Of a DNA stretch of 64,000 bases, positions 61,725-64,000 are shown piece after piece. Source of the DNA: Hamiltosporidium tvaerminnensis FI-OER-3-3 (lineage: Eukaryota > Fungi > Microsporidia); assembly GCA_022605425.2 (NCBI GenBank), contig JAKIMF020000004.1, positions 496,001 through 560,000 of the forward strand, read 5' to 3'. Numbering within the stretch: position 1 is the stretch's first letter; each line of letters begins with the position of its first letter. The position numbers and the translations under genes were made by a program. A model generated the notes under the pieces. It was not told where the DNA came from. It searched no databases and saw only the letters and a program-made list of their open reading frames with translations.

Positions 61725-63137
61725 TTAATTTTTACCAAGAAACATATTAAGTTGATCTACCATGTCCTTCGGTAGAACACCATTCGCTTTTTGTCTTAGT
61801 TTGGCTTTTTGTGTTGTTGTCATTTTTGTTGGGTCCATATTAAACAAATCCATCATTCCAGGATTATTACCTACTTTCTTCATAACAGAATTTATTGTTT
61901 TAAATTGAACAAAAAAATTTTGTACATTTTCAACGGATGTTCCACTTCCCTTTGCTATTCTAAAAATCCTAGAAGGTTGCTTCTCAAAAAAGCTTCCATC
62001 GCTATTTAATTCCTTTTCTGTCAAAGAATCAAAAATATAAATCATTTTTCTAAAATCCTTTTCATCTGGAATAGGCATATTAGAAAAACCAGGTATCATT
62101 GATAGCATCTTACTCATCGGTCCTAAACTCATAATTTGTTGAAATATATCATAATAGTCTCCTAGTGTAAAATTACCGCTTCCTATTTTTTTCATCATTT
62201 CTTTTTCATCAATATTTAATTTTTTTACAGTTTCTACCAAACCTTCTACATCACCTAATCCAAACATTTTATTTATAAAACGTTCTGCATCAAAAGATTC
62301 AATATCATCCATATTTTCACCGATACCTACAAATTCAATAGGACACCCTGTACTAGCTACTGAGCTAAGTGCCCCACCACCATTTTTCGCACCATCTAAC
62401 TTAGTTATAATTATTGAACCTACATCTACTTCATTTTTAAATCCGATGGCTTGTATTTCAGCTGACTGTCCAATACCTGCATCACAAATTAATACAATTT
62501 TAGTTGGAGTGACTTTAGTAATAATATTTTTCATTTCCTGAAACAATTCTCTTTCTTGTGTGTGTCTACCGCTCGTATCAATTATAATCAAATCAAATTT
62601 GTCTTTTTTAAACCTTTCAAAACCTTCAACTGCAACTTTCACAGGATCGGGATCTGAACTTCCAAAATATGGAACTTTTATTTTCAAAGCATTTTGTTTG
62701 ATCTGATCAAAGGCTCCTGCCCTAAATGTGTCTGCACATACGATTCCTGTTTTAAATCCTTTCTTTTTATAATAGTTGGCATATTTACAGACTGTTGTAG
62801 TTTTTCCACTTCCTTGTAATCCAACGAAAACTACCACATTGGTTTTATTTCTTTCAAGTTTTATTGGCGCACTTTTTGGATCCAACATTTTTAAAAGTTC
62901 ATCGTAAACTGCATTGTAGACAAGTTTACCCTTATTAACACCAGCTGGTATTTCTTTAGAAAATACATTTGCACGAATATTTTGTTTTAAAACATCTACG
63001 TATTTTGGACTGACATTTGAAGAAAGAAGTTGATTACAGATATCATGTAATGTTGCTTCTATTTTAGAATCAGTTACTTGTGTTTTTAAAAGTGAATTTA
63101 GAGACGAAGCAATGGATTTTCCTAAATCAAAAATCAT
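61725..63137 (-). CDS. SRP54: Signal recognition particle 54 kDa GTPase
   Basis: GLQGSGKTTT, CADTFRAGAFDQ, DTSGRH, TKLDG..GGGALS and a Met-rich M domain with RIAKGSG. CCCC motif upstream of the ATG. Confidence 0.97.
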   Translation of the reverse strand: MIFDLGKSIASSLNSLLKTQVTDSKIEATLHDICNQLLSSNVSPKYVDVLKQNIRANVFSKEIPAGVNKGKLVYNAVYDELLKMLDPKSAPIKLERNKTNVVVFVGLQGSGKTTTVCKYANYYKKKGFKTGIVCADTFRAGAFDQIKQNALKIKVPYFGSSDPDPVKVAVEGFERFKKDKFDLIIIDTSGRHTQERELFQEMKNIITKVTPTKIVLICDAGIGQSAEIQAIGFKNEVDVGSIIITKLDGAKNGGGALSSVASTGCPIEFVGIGENMDDIESFDAERFINKMFGLGDVEGLVETVKKLNIDEKEMMKKIGSGNFTLGDYYDIFQQIMSLGPMSKMLSMIPGFSNMPIPDEKDFRKMIYIFDSLTEKELNSDGSFFEKQPSRIFRIAKGSGTSVENVQNFFVQFKTINSVMKKVGNNPGMMDLFNMDPTKMTTTQKAKLRQKANGVLPKDMVDQLNMFLGKN

Positions 63138-63370
63138 TCGAAGGGGTTCTTCTAGCTTTATTTATTGCAATGTTTTAAAAAATGGACAAATAAAAAAATT
63201 CAGATAAGAAAGAAATATTTAAATAAAATAAATGAAAGACAAAAAAAATATTCATAATTTTAATTTTCATTGAAATCTGAAGTATTCATCAAATCTTTTG
63301 AAACATAAAAATCCGCTTCAGAAGCATTTTTTGAATTTAAAAAATATATTTGAATAAAAATGACCCTTGG
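63138..63370. promoter_or_regulatory. Short bidirectional promoter region between SRP54 and Med18
   Basis: 233-bp AT-rich gap between divergent ATGs, each preceded by a CCC motif. Confidence 0.6.
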
Positions 63371-63964
63371 ATGTATGAGTGTTCCTTGTATGGTATGACT
63401 ACACAATTAAAGCATCTGCATATGATACTATCGTATAAAAATTTTATACCTCAAAAAATAGCCAGAATCGATACATATCTGAAATCAAAAGATCATAAAA
63501 TTATTTTACAATCGTGTAGTAATTCAAATTTCTTAATTTACAAAAATGAACCAGATCCGACAAAGACACTAAAAACAATTATAAATAAAATAAATCGAAG
63601 TGAAGTTTTGAACTGTGAAGATACAATTTCTTTTTTAAATTTAGCAAATTTTAAACAGGAAAAAAAACTTTTTGTAGAGGGAATTGAATATGTGAAAGAC
63701 AATATTCATATTGAAGTAACCGTACATAGTATAACAAATAGCGAAATAATAATTAACGAAGCTTTTATGGAAAATTTCATTCGTAATTATATGACTAATG
63801 AAATTGATAATTCATTGTTCAATTCGTGTGAGACATTCTTTGTTAAAATTTATACTTTTGCACAAACTTCAGAAGAAGGAGAGAATTTGGTTTTTTCCGA
63901 ATCAATTAATCTTAAAAAATATATTAATTTGCAAAAACCACCCGTAAATTTCTTTAAAAAATAA
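63371..63964 (+). CDS. MED18: Probable Mediator subunit 18 (Srb5), 197 aa
   Basis: N-terminal MYECSLYG and SFLNLANFKQEKKLFVEGIEYVKDNIHIEV resemble Med18 segments. The ATG at 63371 follows a CCC motif; the track start at 63350 is a TTG. Confidence 0.65.
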   Translation: MYECSLYGMTTQLKHLHMILSYKNFIPQKIARIDTYLKSKDHKIILQSCSNSNFLIYKNEPDPTKTLKTIINKINRSEVLNCEDTISFLNLANFKQEKKLFVEGIEYVKDNIHIEVTVHSITNSEIIINEAFMENFIRNYMTNEIDNSLFNSCETFFVKIYTFAQTSEEGENLVFSESINLKKYINLQKPPVNFFKK

Positions 63965-64000
63965 ATCAAATTTTAAAAACAGTTTTATAATTTAAGAAAA

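Overview
AT-rich, gene-sparse eukaryotic DNA with no introns seen. It is almost certainly microsporidian: CCC-like motifs sit just upstream of several ATGs, and the NNTP/QQGV/HPV coding minisatellites suggest a Hamiltosporidium-like genome (inference). Most of the window is a three-copy tandem array of a ~14-15 kb cassette (3639-18604, 22383-36454, 40242-54337). Each cassette carries an intact MCM8 helicase, a head-to-head pair of paralogous unknown genes (290 and 299 aa), a decayed rve integrase, a decayed LINE fragment and an old copy of a structured non-coding element. Both internal junctions hold a ~3.8 kb R4/Dong-like (RT plus restriction-like endonuclease) non-LTR retrotransposon at identical breakpoints; neither outer boundary does. 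Cassette 1 also has a young 732-bp, highly structured, SINE-like insertion with a 14-bp target-site duplication just upstream of MCM8. Left of the array is a >1148-codon repeat-rich ORF missing from the ORF track. Right of it are a 360-aa gene, SRP54 and a probable Med18.
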